Source: the human T2T-CHM13v2.0 reference genome, Homo sapiens
Assembly: GCF_009914755.1 (NCBI RefSeq)
Contig: NC_060935.1
Reading direction: 5' to 3' (one strand)
DNA length: 64,000 nucleotides
Made by a program: the position numbers and the translations under genes. The notes beneath the pieces are model-generated. The model was not told where the DNA came from. It saw only the letters and a program-made list of their open reading frames with translations, and ran no database searches. Of this stretch, positions 46,105 through 58,604 are shown one piece after another (within the stretch, counting starts at the first letter, position 1; every line of letters starts with the position of its first letter).

Positions 46105-46590
46105 AAGAATTGAGTATTATAGACCAACTGCATACGGATCCCATACCCCTTTATAATTTATAAGTGCTATCAAAAGCATGACTTTTGAGCAATGAATTTC
46201 TACTTTACACACGATTTTATATTTTTTACAACAGTTCAACAATGTATGTCGTAGTGTATCGTTGCAAAAAATTTGACCTAAATGCAGAATAATTTTCTCA
46301 GCATACAACAGCTAGTAAATGTTGTATCTGGTTACTTAGAGCACAAACTTTTTTAATACGTCATTCTGATCGACTAAGCCCATTTTTTTCATCTTTATCA
46401 CGTGATCCTCAGAATACTTCTCAATTACTTCATAATCTGGACTCCTGGATTGGGAAGTTGGCATGACCATCGCTTGTCCTCGAGCAGGAGAAATAGCTCT
46501 TTCAGCACTGATGTTAGTTATTCCCCCTAGAGGTTGTAATGACAAAAAAAAAAAAAAAAAGGGCGGGGGGGTCCAGGGGGAACGGACTAG
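46105..46590 (-). other. Unassigned CpG-undepleted, terminal-exon-like segment
   Basis: - strand: T17 tract, AG acceptor, about 63 open codons to TAA at 46336, AU-rich tail; 11 CpGs in about 460 nt. Confidence 0.4.
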
Positions 46591-48559
46591 TCAAGATGGG
46601 CAACAGGCCAGAGTAGTTAAAGCACAGTAGTGCCGATAGAGCACACAGCTGGGTAAAGTCAAGAATGTCAAAGGCAAAAAAGCTTTATCTCAGCTTCGGA
46701 GTTACTGAGGGAGAGACTGATGCCTTACTCAGAACATCTATGCTTCCCTTGAAGAACTATCTGCCTTAGAATACCCTGTGTATTTTATTCTTCTTCTATG
46801 CCCATCTTCAGTGGCTTTCTTAACCTACAAGCAGTCTCCAAGCTTGACAGACTGGAAACCAAGCCAACGTGCAGTAGGGTGAGGCTGTCTGCACTTGAGG
46901 GCTCAGGTGTGCCTGCAGGAAGTCTTTGAGGTGAGAAAAATTGTTAAGAGATTACTACATTATATATTTGAAGAATCCAGGAAGTGTAAATAAAGGTCAA
47001 AAAGTAGGAATGACTTCTACCCATGTGAAATCACTGCTCTAGAATAGGTCAGAGATATAGATTTACCTTCCTCCAAAGGCGTCAGACTAATCTCTTCAAA
47101 AGTTGCTCAGAAGAGCTCTGGGAAGGGATTACCATTGCAAACTCACTTCTAGGCATATGTAACACCTATAGTGGAAACCTATGTATTGAAATCCCTGTTT
47201 TCTCTAAATATTACTCCCCGATATTAACTAAAAACTGTAATGTTAAAACTGATGAAGTTGATGATCATAAAGTTGATGATGATTTGAGTGCCTCCTGTAT
47301 CTTGCTGTTACATATAGCATACACACTTAACAATATTAAGAGGGAAAAAAGGAATCTTAATTTTAGCCCTCTGTCCACTAGTTTGTATAAGATAATTCTT
47401 AAGAGAAGCCATGAGAGGTAATATCTTCACATGTGATAACTTGGGCACTCCAGACAGCCCCTGCTTTTGCATCACTGCTGTGTTTGGCTGATATGCCTAA
47501 GAGCATGGCTACTTCAGCATCTTAATTAACAATTTGCTTCCATTAAGTCCAAAGTATCTCCTAAATCTTAGATATTGTTCCAGGCGCTTTACATACGTTT
47601 GCTAGAATCTCTTAAGTATTATATAAAGTAATACAATTGCCAGTTTGTTTATACTCAAAGGGGTTTAGTAACCTGTCCAAATAGGTAGTAAATAACAGTT
47701 GTCATCTGACTTTCTCTGAATCTAGAGATGTAGCTACTGAGAGTTGAGTGCCTGTGTCTACACAGAGAAGTCAGATTATGACTACCCTAAGCCAGGCACT
47801 TTCATAAAAATAAATGGGGAAGAGTTATTTAAGAGGGAAGACCTGGCATGCCTAGGCAAGATAGAGACGCTGAAGACCACTGAAAGATTTGATGGTGGGT
47901 ATCAAGAAAGAAAAAATAATTACGTGAGAGTGCCAAAGTGATGACATAGTTAGCATTCAATGATGAAGCAGACCAGAAGTTTATAACATATAAATCTGGG
48001 AAAGTGAAGGAGGTGTATAAAGACCGTTATTTTCTATAACTAGTATAGTATATAAATCACTAAATGTAGGATGAGAATATGTAAAATAACTCTCCTCTGT
48101 TCTTCATTTTGTATCTGCTCATCAAAAGTATACCAGATTGCACAATACTTGTCATCTCTGTAGAATGATACAGAATTAGTTATTTTATAATTAATTATGT
48201 CTATTAGGGGAAACAATGAAGTGTGATTGTATTTGTGGAGAAGGGTAGTTTGGAAAATGGATCATGTAAATTTTGGAAAAACTTTGAAATCAAATACGCT
48301 AGATAAACATTTTCTTGATGTTTTCTGCCCAGAGTAACTGGAATGGGGTGGCCATTATGACGCAAAGTAGCAGGTCTCTAGGGCTTTGGCTGTAATGCCT
48401 ATCTTCTCCAGTTCATGGTGATATCTGCCTATTTCCTACCGCTCATCTGATGTATTGTGGTAACTGAGCCCTGAGCACATAAATCTTTTATTCTCTTTCT
48501 ATAACTTGGCATTGTGTTCTTTCTTTGTTTTTATAGAAAAACTTATCACTATCTCTTCC

Positions 48560-49440
48560 ACACACCTCAAATTTATCATAACCAAACAGGAATTATCTGG
48601 CCCACTGGCTTCACCAAATTTCTAGGCAGGTCTTTGTTTTAATAAATGACAGGAAAAAGATTATCAAATAAATAAACCTATTCTGGATTTCTTTCTTTTT
48701 CTCACTCTTACCATATGATGATCCACATTACGGATGTTATTTTTTCTTCCCATGTAAATTTCATACCTATTCATTCCTCATAATACCCACTGTTAGATTT
48801 CACTTTCATCCACTTCTTTTAATGACTACAATAGTCTCCTAACAGGTTTACCTACCTTCTCTCTTGTCAGCCTTTAGACCACTGTTAACATTGATTGTAT
48901 GTTGACATACATATATTATAAATCTGGTCAAGTTGTTTATTGTTACAATTAGGGCCTTGTGTCCTCTAAGATTATATCCGTGCTTCTCATATTTACACAC
49001 AAGTTCCTTCAGAAATTCGGGTTCATTTCTTTTTAACCTTAGCTTCAAGAACCATATGAAGAGCCATCTATCCTATAGCTTTACTCAATTGTAGCTACTT
49101 ACATTTGTAATACTCTCCAATGCCTTACTGTATTTACATGGATTTTAATCAGTACAGGATGTACATCACAGCCCTTTTATACCATCCCCCTAGTATTTGT
49201 CATTTGAGACCTAATTTAAGAATCTCCTTCAGTAAATCTTCCCTGACCTGCCTGGATGGGGTTAGTTGTCTCTTCTGTGTTTTAAATCATGTTTTTTTTT
49301 AAATATCAACTTCAAAATGTTTAACTTTTAATTTTAACTTTAGCTGTCTGTCCACTAGTTTGTACATATTTGATGGCATTTCTTATATATTTCTCTATTT
49401 TTTAACACTACCAGATTTCCTTTAATAAAATATGTTTTCA
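48560..49440. mobile_element. L2 fragments
   Basis: cacacctcaaatttatcataacc, gactacaatagtctcctaacaggtttacc, aaatcttccctgacc motifs. Confidence 0.5.
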
Positions 49441-49446
49441 TATTCA

Positions 49447-49850
<404 letters not shown>

Positions 49851-50062
49851 CTCAATAAATGCAGTGAAGAAAACTAAATTAATCGGTAAAATAATAAATA
49901 ACCGGTGGGGTAATTAAATATAATGAGCACAGACACGATCAAAATCATTAAACACAGAGCAGCATAAGTTAAAGTATTGTTTCTTGCTACAATTTTGACT
50001 TTTACCCTAATTTTCCATATTCTTGTTTCCTCACCTAGACTCTAGGTTCATCCATTAGCACA

Positions 50063-51004
50063 ATGTCTGTCTTCAATAGTTCTGCCTTATACCCTCGCTT
50101 CCTCCTAACGGGCCTCTCAGGCCTTGAAAGCAGATATGACTTGATTTCCCTGCCCATCTTCTTGGTTTATGCCACCTCAATTGCCGGGAACATTAGCATC
50201 CTCTTCATTATCAGAACTGAGTCTTCCCTCCACCAACCGATGTATTACTTTCTGTCAATGCTGGCATTCACTGACCTGGGCCTATCTAACACTACCTTAC
50301 CTACCATGTTCAGTGTCTTCTGGTTCCATGCCCGGGAGATCTCCTTCAATGCTTGTCTGGTCCAAATGTACTTCATTCATGTTTTCTCGATTATTGAGTC
50401 AGCTGTACTCCTGGCTATGGCCTTTGACTGCTTTATAGCAATCTGAGAACCCTTGCGCTATGCAGCCATCCTAACCAATGATGTAATCATTGGGATTGGG
50501 TTGGCAATTGCTGGAAGGGCCTTGGCTCTGGTCTTTCCAGCTTCTTTCCTCTTGAAGAGGCTTCAATATCATGATGTCAATATTCTGTCCTACCTCTTCT
50601 GCCTGCACCAGGACCTCATAAAGACGACTGTATCCAACTGTCGAGTCAGCAGCATCTATGGCCTCATGGTGGTCATCTGTTCCATGGGACTTGATTCAGT
50701 GCTTCTCCTCCTCTCCTATGTCCTCATCCTGGGCACAGTGTTGAGTATAGCCTCCAAGGCAGAGAGAGTGAGAGCCCTCAATACTTGCATCTCCCACATC
50801 TGTGCTGTACTCACCTTCTATACACCAATGATTGGGCTATCTATGATCCATCGCTATGGACAGAATGCTTCCTCAATTGTCCATGTGCTGATGGCCAATG
50901 TCTACTTGCTGGTTCCACCTCTCATGAACCCCGTTGTCTACAGTGTTAAGACCAAGCAGATTCGTGACAGAATCTTCAATAAATTCAAGAAACATGAAGT
51001 GTAG
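50063..51004 (+). pseudogene. OR51P1P: Olfactory receptor family 51 pseudogene (313 codons, in-frame TGA at codon 128)
   Basis: ORFs 50063-50446 and 50453-51004 share one frame; the motif reads MAFDCFIAI*EPLRY. Intact acceptor cctag| at 50038 and AATAAA at 51172. Symbol from gene order. Confidence 0.9.
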
Positions 51005-52109
51005 ATGACAGAGATTCTGAAACATAACTTTCCCTCCATTCCCCATATATTTGTGAGAAGATTTCATATAATGTTGAATTTTAAATTCACATGTTACCAA
51101 TGATATTTTGACTTTAAGATACTAGACCTAAACCTAAATAATTATAAATCTGTATATTTTCCAATATAGAGAATAAAAGTGTAGTTCTATTTTACGGTGA
51201 AGTTATTCATTGTACACTGTGAAGGTCCTCAATATATCTGAGAAAGATTTAGATTTCAAAAGTTTTCCTATGCCTTTTAACCTAATATAAAAAAATTTAA
51301 ATGCAAGTTGTGATCCTCTGTTCAGGGAAAAAAAATATTTCCAGCAGGAGAACCTCATACCAAAAAGAGATGATGAACGAATAAAACTTAGCAGACTTTT
51401 AGAAGTGTAGAATAAAGAAACGTTGGACCAAATTAATTGGACCGATTGGAATAAAGCAGAAACAGTGATGATTTTGCATGTAGGAATCTACAGAGGGCTT
51501 TCTATGAGGAGTAGAGAACCTATGAGATCTAGACTGCTGTCTATTTTTTCTACCTGGGTTTTCAGTACATTTCTCAATTATTTATGACAGTCTCAAGTCA
51601 TTCTACACCTTAAAATGTGTTCCTTATAAGCTGAGCAAGAAGGAATACAGTTTATTTCCCATGTTCCTGTACACACACTGTCCTGATCATCCTTTTCTGT
51701 GTTCCCAATGGCATTCTGCACTGAAATGCTTAACATGTTTTTTAGAGATTATAGTCTTCATCTTTAATTATAAGATTCATATAGATACAGATTTTAATTA
51801 CTAGAAAATTCTGAGATGTTATGCTAAGAAGGCTTTGTTTTCAATTAAAATGATCAGCTGAAATATCCGTTTTTAATTTATATAGCACAAGAAAGTATCC
51901 TCAAAGAATTGTATATACTCTTTAGTTCAACTTCATCACCTCCCTCTCAAACCTGAATCTGCTGTGGTCTGATTTTCATCTTCATGATTCCACTGATTTG
52001 CAGTTTATGATGTTTCTAGTGCTCTACTTTTTACTAAATTCAACATTCACATCTTGATTAAGCTTCCATTTTCCTTTGCATTATTAACCATGCTTTTCTT
52101 TTAAAGTAA

Positions 52110-54490
52110 CCTTATTTTCAGTTGTTTTACATTTACAGAAAAAGTTAAATATGGTACAGAGTTCTCAAATATCCTGCACTCAATTTCCCCTATTGTTACC
52201 ATCTTACATCGGTAGAATACACTTTTGACAATTGGTGAATCAACAATGGTAATGTATTAACCACAGTTGCATATTATTCAGAACTTTTTTAGTTTTTCTC
52301 CTAGTATTCTTCTTGTACTCCAAGATCCAATCCAGGATATAACATTGCATTAGCCATCATGTCTATTTAGACTACTCTTAATTGTAAAAGTTTCTCAGTC
52401 TTCTTTCATTGTCTTCAATTACTTTGGCATTTTTGAGGACTACTAACAGGCAGTTTGTAAAGTGTTCCTCTATCAGGATTTTTCTGATGCTTTTCTCATT
52501 ATTAGAGTAGGTTATAAGACCATAGAGGAATAATACCATTTTATTGCATCATATCAATAATACATATTAGCAACATGACATCACTGTTGATGATGACTTT
52601 ATTCATGACTAGGGTAGTATTTGTCATGTTTCTCCACTGTCAACTTAATCTTTTTTCTTTTTAAAAGTCCCTCTTTTCATACTGTACTTTTTTAAAGGAA
52701 GTCACTTTGCAAAGCCTACACTGAAAGAGTGGGAAACCATGAGGACAGATATCTACTTGAAATTATTGTGTGAGAGATTTTTCCCTTTCTTCTAATTTAC
52801 TCGATCCTTTATTTATATTAATAATGACTTCTGGATATTTATTTTATACCTTGGATTGTAATCCAAACCTGAACTCATCTATTTTGGTAATTTTTGTTTT
52901 TTAATTACTAATTCAATATCTTTATTTGTACAGGTCCATTCAGATTTTCTACTTACTGAAGTCAGGTTCAGTAGCTAGCATCTTTCTAGGAATTTCTTCA
53001 TCTTATCTAAGTATTATATGATTTTTATAGTATTCCTTTGGATTTTTAATTTCTATAATGTTTGTAATAATGCCTTCCCTTAATTAATTTTTCTAGTAAT
53101 TTAATTTTCCCTTTTTTTCCGAGTCAATGTAAAACCAAAAGTTTTGATTTTATTAATTTTGTTTTTGCTTTTCTATCCTCTATTTTATTAATTCCTGGTC
53201 TAATCTTTAAAGTTCACTTCCTTCCATGTGTGTAGTTTGCTCTTCTTTTGTGAGTGTTAAGTTGGAAGTTTAGGATATTGATTCGATATCTTTATTCTTC
53301 CTTAACACAAGCATTTGCAATGATAAATTTCACTGTAAAAACTGCTTTGGAGGCATACTATGAATTTTGACATGTTTTGCCACTATTTTTATTAAAACAA
53401 AAGTTTGAATTATGAAAGTGTCAAAGTATTATTTCCTCACAGTTTGGTTGACTCATTGATTACTGTGGTGGTGTGGTGCTTACTTTTGACATATTTGTGA
53501 GTTTCTGAAATTGATTTTTGCTACTGATTTTTAATCTTATCCCATTGTGGTCAAAGAATATACTTTATTCTTATTTATTAATTATTTATGTCATTTTATA
53601 TATATTGCAATTTTATTATGGTGTAGCATACGGTCTATCCTGGAGAATGTTCCCTGTGCACTTACAGAAAATGTATATTCTATTGTTGAATGAAGTGCTA
53701 TATAGCGTTGTTCATGTTTCTACTTCTTTGTTGATATTCTGTCTAGTTATTCTATCTATTTTTGTCTATTATTGAAATCTATTTTTATCCAGTAAAGTCT
53801 TTGGCCTGGGCATGGTGGCTCATGCCTGTAATCCCAACATTTTGGGAGGCCAAAGTGGGAGGATATCATAAGGCTAGGAGTTCAAGACCAGCTGGGCAAC
53901 ATAGCAAGACCCTGCCTCCACAAAAAATAAAGAAAAAAAATTATAAAAATTGCTTGGCGTGGTAGCAGATGCCTATAGTCCCAGCTGCTCAGGAGGTTAA
54001 GGCAAGAAAATTCCTTGAGCCTGGGAGTTTGAGGCTGCAGCGAACTACAGTTGCACCACTGCACTCCAGCCTGGGTGAAAGAGTGATACCCTGCCTCTCA
54101 ATAAATAAATACGTAAATAAATAAATAAAATTTTTAAAAAGTCGACTATTATTTTTGAATTATTTCTTCCTTCATTTATGTCCATTTTTGTTTCATATGT
54201 TTTGCTGCTCTGCTAATACCTGCATATATGTTTATAATTGTTATACTGTCCTGTACTTTCCCGATGAGTTGACATTTATATCACTGGAAAATGACCCGCT
54301 TTATCTCCAGTATCACTTATGTTTGTTTTAAACTCTATTTTGTCTGATATTAGAATAGCCAGTCCAGCTTTCTTGTGTTTGCTATTTGCATGATATATAC
54401 TTTTTCATTCTTTTGCTTTCAATCAGCTTGTATCTTTAATTCTAAAGCTGTATCTTGTAGAAAGTGTGGAGTTGGATAATTTTTTTCAGC
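52110..54490 (-). mobile_element. Old L1M fragments
   Basis: T-rich antisense L1 (gatccaatccaggatataacattgcattag, cccattgtggtcaaagaatatactt, tattttgtctgatattagaatagcc). Confidence 0.7.
53803..54129 (+). mobile_element. AluJ
   Basis: cctgggagtttgaggctgcag diagnostic; (AAAT)n tail. Confidence 0.9.
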
Positions 54491-54494
54491 TGTA

Positions 54495-54608
54495 TATAAT
54501 TGACAAGCATTATGCATACACCAGGCGTACAATGTGATGATTTAGTAGATGCATATATGTTGTAATTATTACTACAATCAAATTGACTAACACAACCACC
54601 ACCACACA

Positions 54609-54650
<42 letters not shown>

Positions 54651-55445
54651 GAGGACACAAGATCTACTCTGTTAGCAAGTTTTAAGTAGATAATAATGTA
54701 TTATTAACCATAGCTACCATGATATACACTAGATCCTCAAAACTTTTTAAACTTAATAACCGAAAATTTCTACCTTTTGACCAACACCTCCTCATTTCCC
54801 CCACCCCTTAAGTCCCTGGGAACCACTGTTCTGCTCTCCAGTTCTGTGAGTTTGAATTTTTTGCATTTCATATATAAGTGAGACCTTATTGTATTTGTCT
54901 TTATATGTCTGGCTTGTTTCACTTAGCAAAATGTCCTCCAGGTTCATTTATGTTGTCACAAGGATTCCCCCCTTTATTATGGCAGAATAGTATCCCATTG
55001 TGTATATATATGACTTTTTAAAAACCATTCTTCTGTATATGAACATTTGTGTTGTTTTCATATATTGGCTATTGTAAGTAATTCTGCAATGAACATATGG
55101 GGTGCAAATATCTTTTTGAAATACTGATTTTATTTCCTGTGGATGTATACCTAGAAGTGGAATTACTGGATTGTATGGTAGTTTCATTTTTCAGTTTTTC
55201 TAATATCTTCACACTGTTTTCCCGAATGACTCTACCAATTTGTATTCCTATCAACAGTGTAAAGGGTTCCTTTTTTTCCAAACTTTTGCCAACTCTTCTT
55301 ATGTCTTGTCATTTTGATAATGGCCATCCTAATAGATATGAGGCAATATTTTGCTGTGGTTTTGATTTACACTTCTCTGATAATTAATAATATTGAAAAC
55401 CTTTTCTTATGCCTGTTGGTCATTTATTTCTCTTCTTTGGACAAA
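54495..55445 (-). mobile_element. L1MA 3' end with (TG)n at 54612-54648
   Basis: cttgtttcacttagcaaaatgtcctccaggttcat..atacctagaagtggaattactggatt. Confidence 0.85.
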
Positions 55446-55449
55446 AAAT

Positions 55450-57345
55450 GACTATCTGATACCACTCTCTCCTGGCCTGCAAGCTTTCTGCTGAGAATTT
55501 TGCTGATAACCTCGTAGACATTTCTTTGTAAGTGGCAAGTCTCTTTTCGTGTGCTGCTTTCAAGATTCTCTCTTTTTATTTGGCCTTTGACAGTTTGATT
55601 ATCATATTTTGGGGTGTTCTTCTTTTGTTAGATTTTATGAGAGGTCATCTGAGCTTTGCTAATTTGGATGCCTGTGTCTCTCCCAACATCTGGAACATTT
55701 TCAGACACTATTTACCAATGCTTTTTTGTCCCTTTCTTTCTCTCTTCTCATTCTGGGAATCTCATAATTCGTATGTTTGTTTGCTTGGTGGTTCCCATAG
55801 GTTCTTTATGCTTTCTTAACAGTTTTTTAAAATCATTATTTCTTTTTGTTCCTTTAATTTATTAATGTTATATGACTTTCTTCATGGTCAATAATTTTTT
55901 TCTTGGTATTATTGAGTTGGCTGTTGAAGATATCTATTGTATTTTTCAGTTCTTTTATTGTATTCTTTGACTCTAGGTTTTCTGTTTAGTTCTTTTTTAT
56001 GGTTTCTATTTCTTTATTAAACTTCTTGTTTGTTGCTGTATTGTTTCTTCGTTGTGTTTAGTTGTTTATCTGTGTTCTCTTGCATTTCATCAACCCTCTT
56101 TAAGCTGATTATTTTGAGTTATTTGTCAGGTAATTTGTCAATCGCCATTGCTTTGGGGTCAATAACTGAAGCTTTAGTAGTTTTCTTTGGTGGTGTTATG
56201 CTTGCTTAATTCTTTGTTGTGCAGGTAGCCTTGCATTGGTGTCTGCACATTTGAAGGAGAAAACATCTCTTCTAGACTTTGTTGACTGATTTTGAAAGTA
56301 AAGACCTTCTTTTGTTGGTTGTCCAGGCTGATGAAGTTGCCTGTAAGATCTGAGTTGAGTTAGTGTGGAATTGAGTTATGTTGCTGCTGCTGAGTCTACA
56401 GTGCAATCTGTGATTAGTGGGTGTATTATGAGGGGCTAAAGCGAGTGTGGCCTCTGTCTTGTTTTTGGATGGACTAGATAATACCAGGAAATTGGTCAGT
56501 AGAGCTGGCACTGAAATAAGGTTTGTTTCAAGGTCCACAGCTAGCTCTTCAGGTGGCAGGTATGTTACCAGGTGTGCAGTCAAGTCTGGCTTCCTCTAGG
56601 TCCCTGGGAGGGCTCCCTCTATGTCATTGGCTATGCACATGGCTTGGCTGGAATGGCCCTCAACTGTCACTGAGAGGGATTGAAACTAAATCACAAGGCT
56701 GCTTCAAGGTCCACAGCCAAGGCCAAGGTCAGCAGGCCTGCCTCCAGAGGCACAGATGGTCATGCCTCCCTCAATGTTCCTGGGCAGACAGGATTATCCC
56801 TAGAATGTGTCTCAGTGGGGCAGAAGCTGGATCACAGGAGGGCTTCAAGATCTGTGGTCAGAATGTTATTATTTAGGCCTGCCTCAAGACGCATGAATGG
56901 ACTTCTCTCCCTACAGGTCCCTGTGCAGGAATGACTACTCTCAGACCATAGATGACAAAGACTGGAGATGAGTTACATGGTTACTTCAAAGCTGAAAACA
57001 AGGCCTTTTACCCAAGGCATGGACGGACATGACTTCTTCCAGTCCCTTGGCGGATAGTTATATTTGAAGGACTGAGGGCAAACTCAGGTTGTAGCTGAGT
57101 CTATAGTGGGATGAATCATTTCCAGGCCTCTGTCCAGGACTCTGTTCAGCAAGACTGTCACCTAAATGCAGGCCTGTCAGCTCAAAATAGCTCTCCTCAA
57201 TTTAGGGCTCCAATAGAGTTTTGCAACCTCCTACCTTAATCCAAAAGCTTTTACAAAGGAGCTTTTGTATATACAAATTGCTTCCAAATTCTTGTTGCTA
57301 TGTGGCATATAAGTAGGATATCTCCTTTTCTGCCATTTTGCTTGC
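55450..57345 (-). mobile_element. Old L1 ORF1/5'UTR region
   Basis: ctctctcctggcctgcaagctttctgctgagaa..gctgctttcaagattctctct; ends ctgccattttgct. Confidence 0.7.
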
Positions 57346-57657
57346 AATCGTACTTAATTTTCAAGTCTGACAAACTCAGTTTTTTGAATTGTGAATCCAT
57401 TTGTATTTAGTGTTATTGATATAGTTGGATTTACATCTGCAATTTTACTTTTTGCTCTTTATATGTCTCATTTTTGTATGTTTCTCTATTCCTTCTCTTC
57501 TGCTTTCTTTTGTTCTAAAATAATACTGTCTTAAGATTTAATTTATTTAACTATTTTTGTTATATATTACTGATGTTTTCCTTAATGGTTGTCCATAGCT
57601 TACATCTCCTCTGAAAAGAATCAGTTTTAGATTTATACCAGCTTAATTCTAGTGATA

Positions 57658-58604
57658 CACCTGTACTTTAGAGATACTTCATTTGGTTCAAGATCACCAA
57701 AATGAAGTGAATACTGCAATTAAGAAAGTCATAAAAAATCTTTTGGTTTCCTATATATATAAAAGTTATGCATACACTATTTTATAGTCTCTTAATGGTG
57801 AAATGGTACTATGTCTAAAAAAAATCTACAATTTAGAAAAATAATGTATTACTAAAAATACTAGCAAATATCTGAGTCTTCAGAAATAATAACATTTTTG
57901 CTGGTAGAAGGTCCTACCCTGATGTTGATGGCTGAACAGGATGGTGGTTGCTGAAGGCTAGGGTGGTGGTGGCAACTTCTGAAAATAAGACAATAAAATT
58001 TGCCACATCAATCGACTGTTCCTTTCATGAAAGTTTTCTCTGTAGCATGTAATGCTGTTTTACAGCATTTTACCTAGAGTAGAAATTTCAAAACTGGAGT
58101 CAGCCTGCTAAAACATAGCTGCTGCTTTATTAAGTTTATAAAATTCTAAATCCTTTGTTGTTACTTAGAAAAATGTTCAAAGTATCTTTACCAGGCATAG
58201 ATTCCATTTCTAGAAACCACTTTCTTTGCTGACCTATAAAAACAACTCCTTGTCTCTTAAATCTTTATCACAATATTGCAGCAACTCAGTCACATCTTTA
58301 GGTTCCCTGTTCTTGTTATTTTTAGGTCTCTTGTTATCTCCATCACATCTGCAGTTACTTTCTCCAATGAAGCCTTGAGTCCCTAAAAGTTATCCATGAG
58401 GGTGGAAATCAACTTCTTCCAAACTCCTGATAATGTTGATATTTTGACCTTGTCCCATAAATCACAAATGTTCTTAATGGCATCTACAATGATGAATCCT
58501 TTCCAGAAGATTTTCAATTTACTTTCCCCAGATCCATCAGAGGAATCACTGTCTATGGTAGCTATGACTTTACAAAATGTGTTTCTTATATATTATGACT
58601 TGAA
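57658..58604 (-). mobile_element. Tigger1 fragment, cut off by the L1 insertion
   Basis: catccatgagggtggaaatcaacttcttccaaactcctg..ccagatccatcagaggaatcact. Confidence 0.85.
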
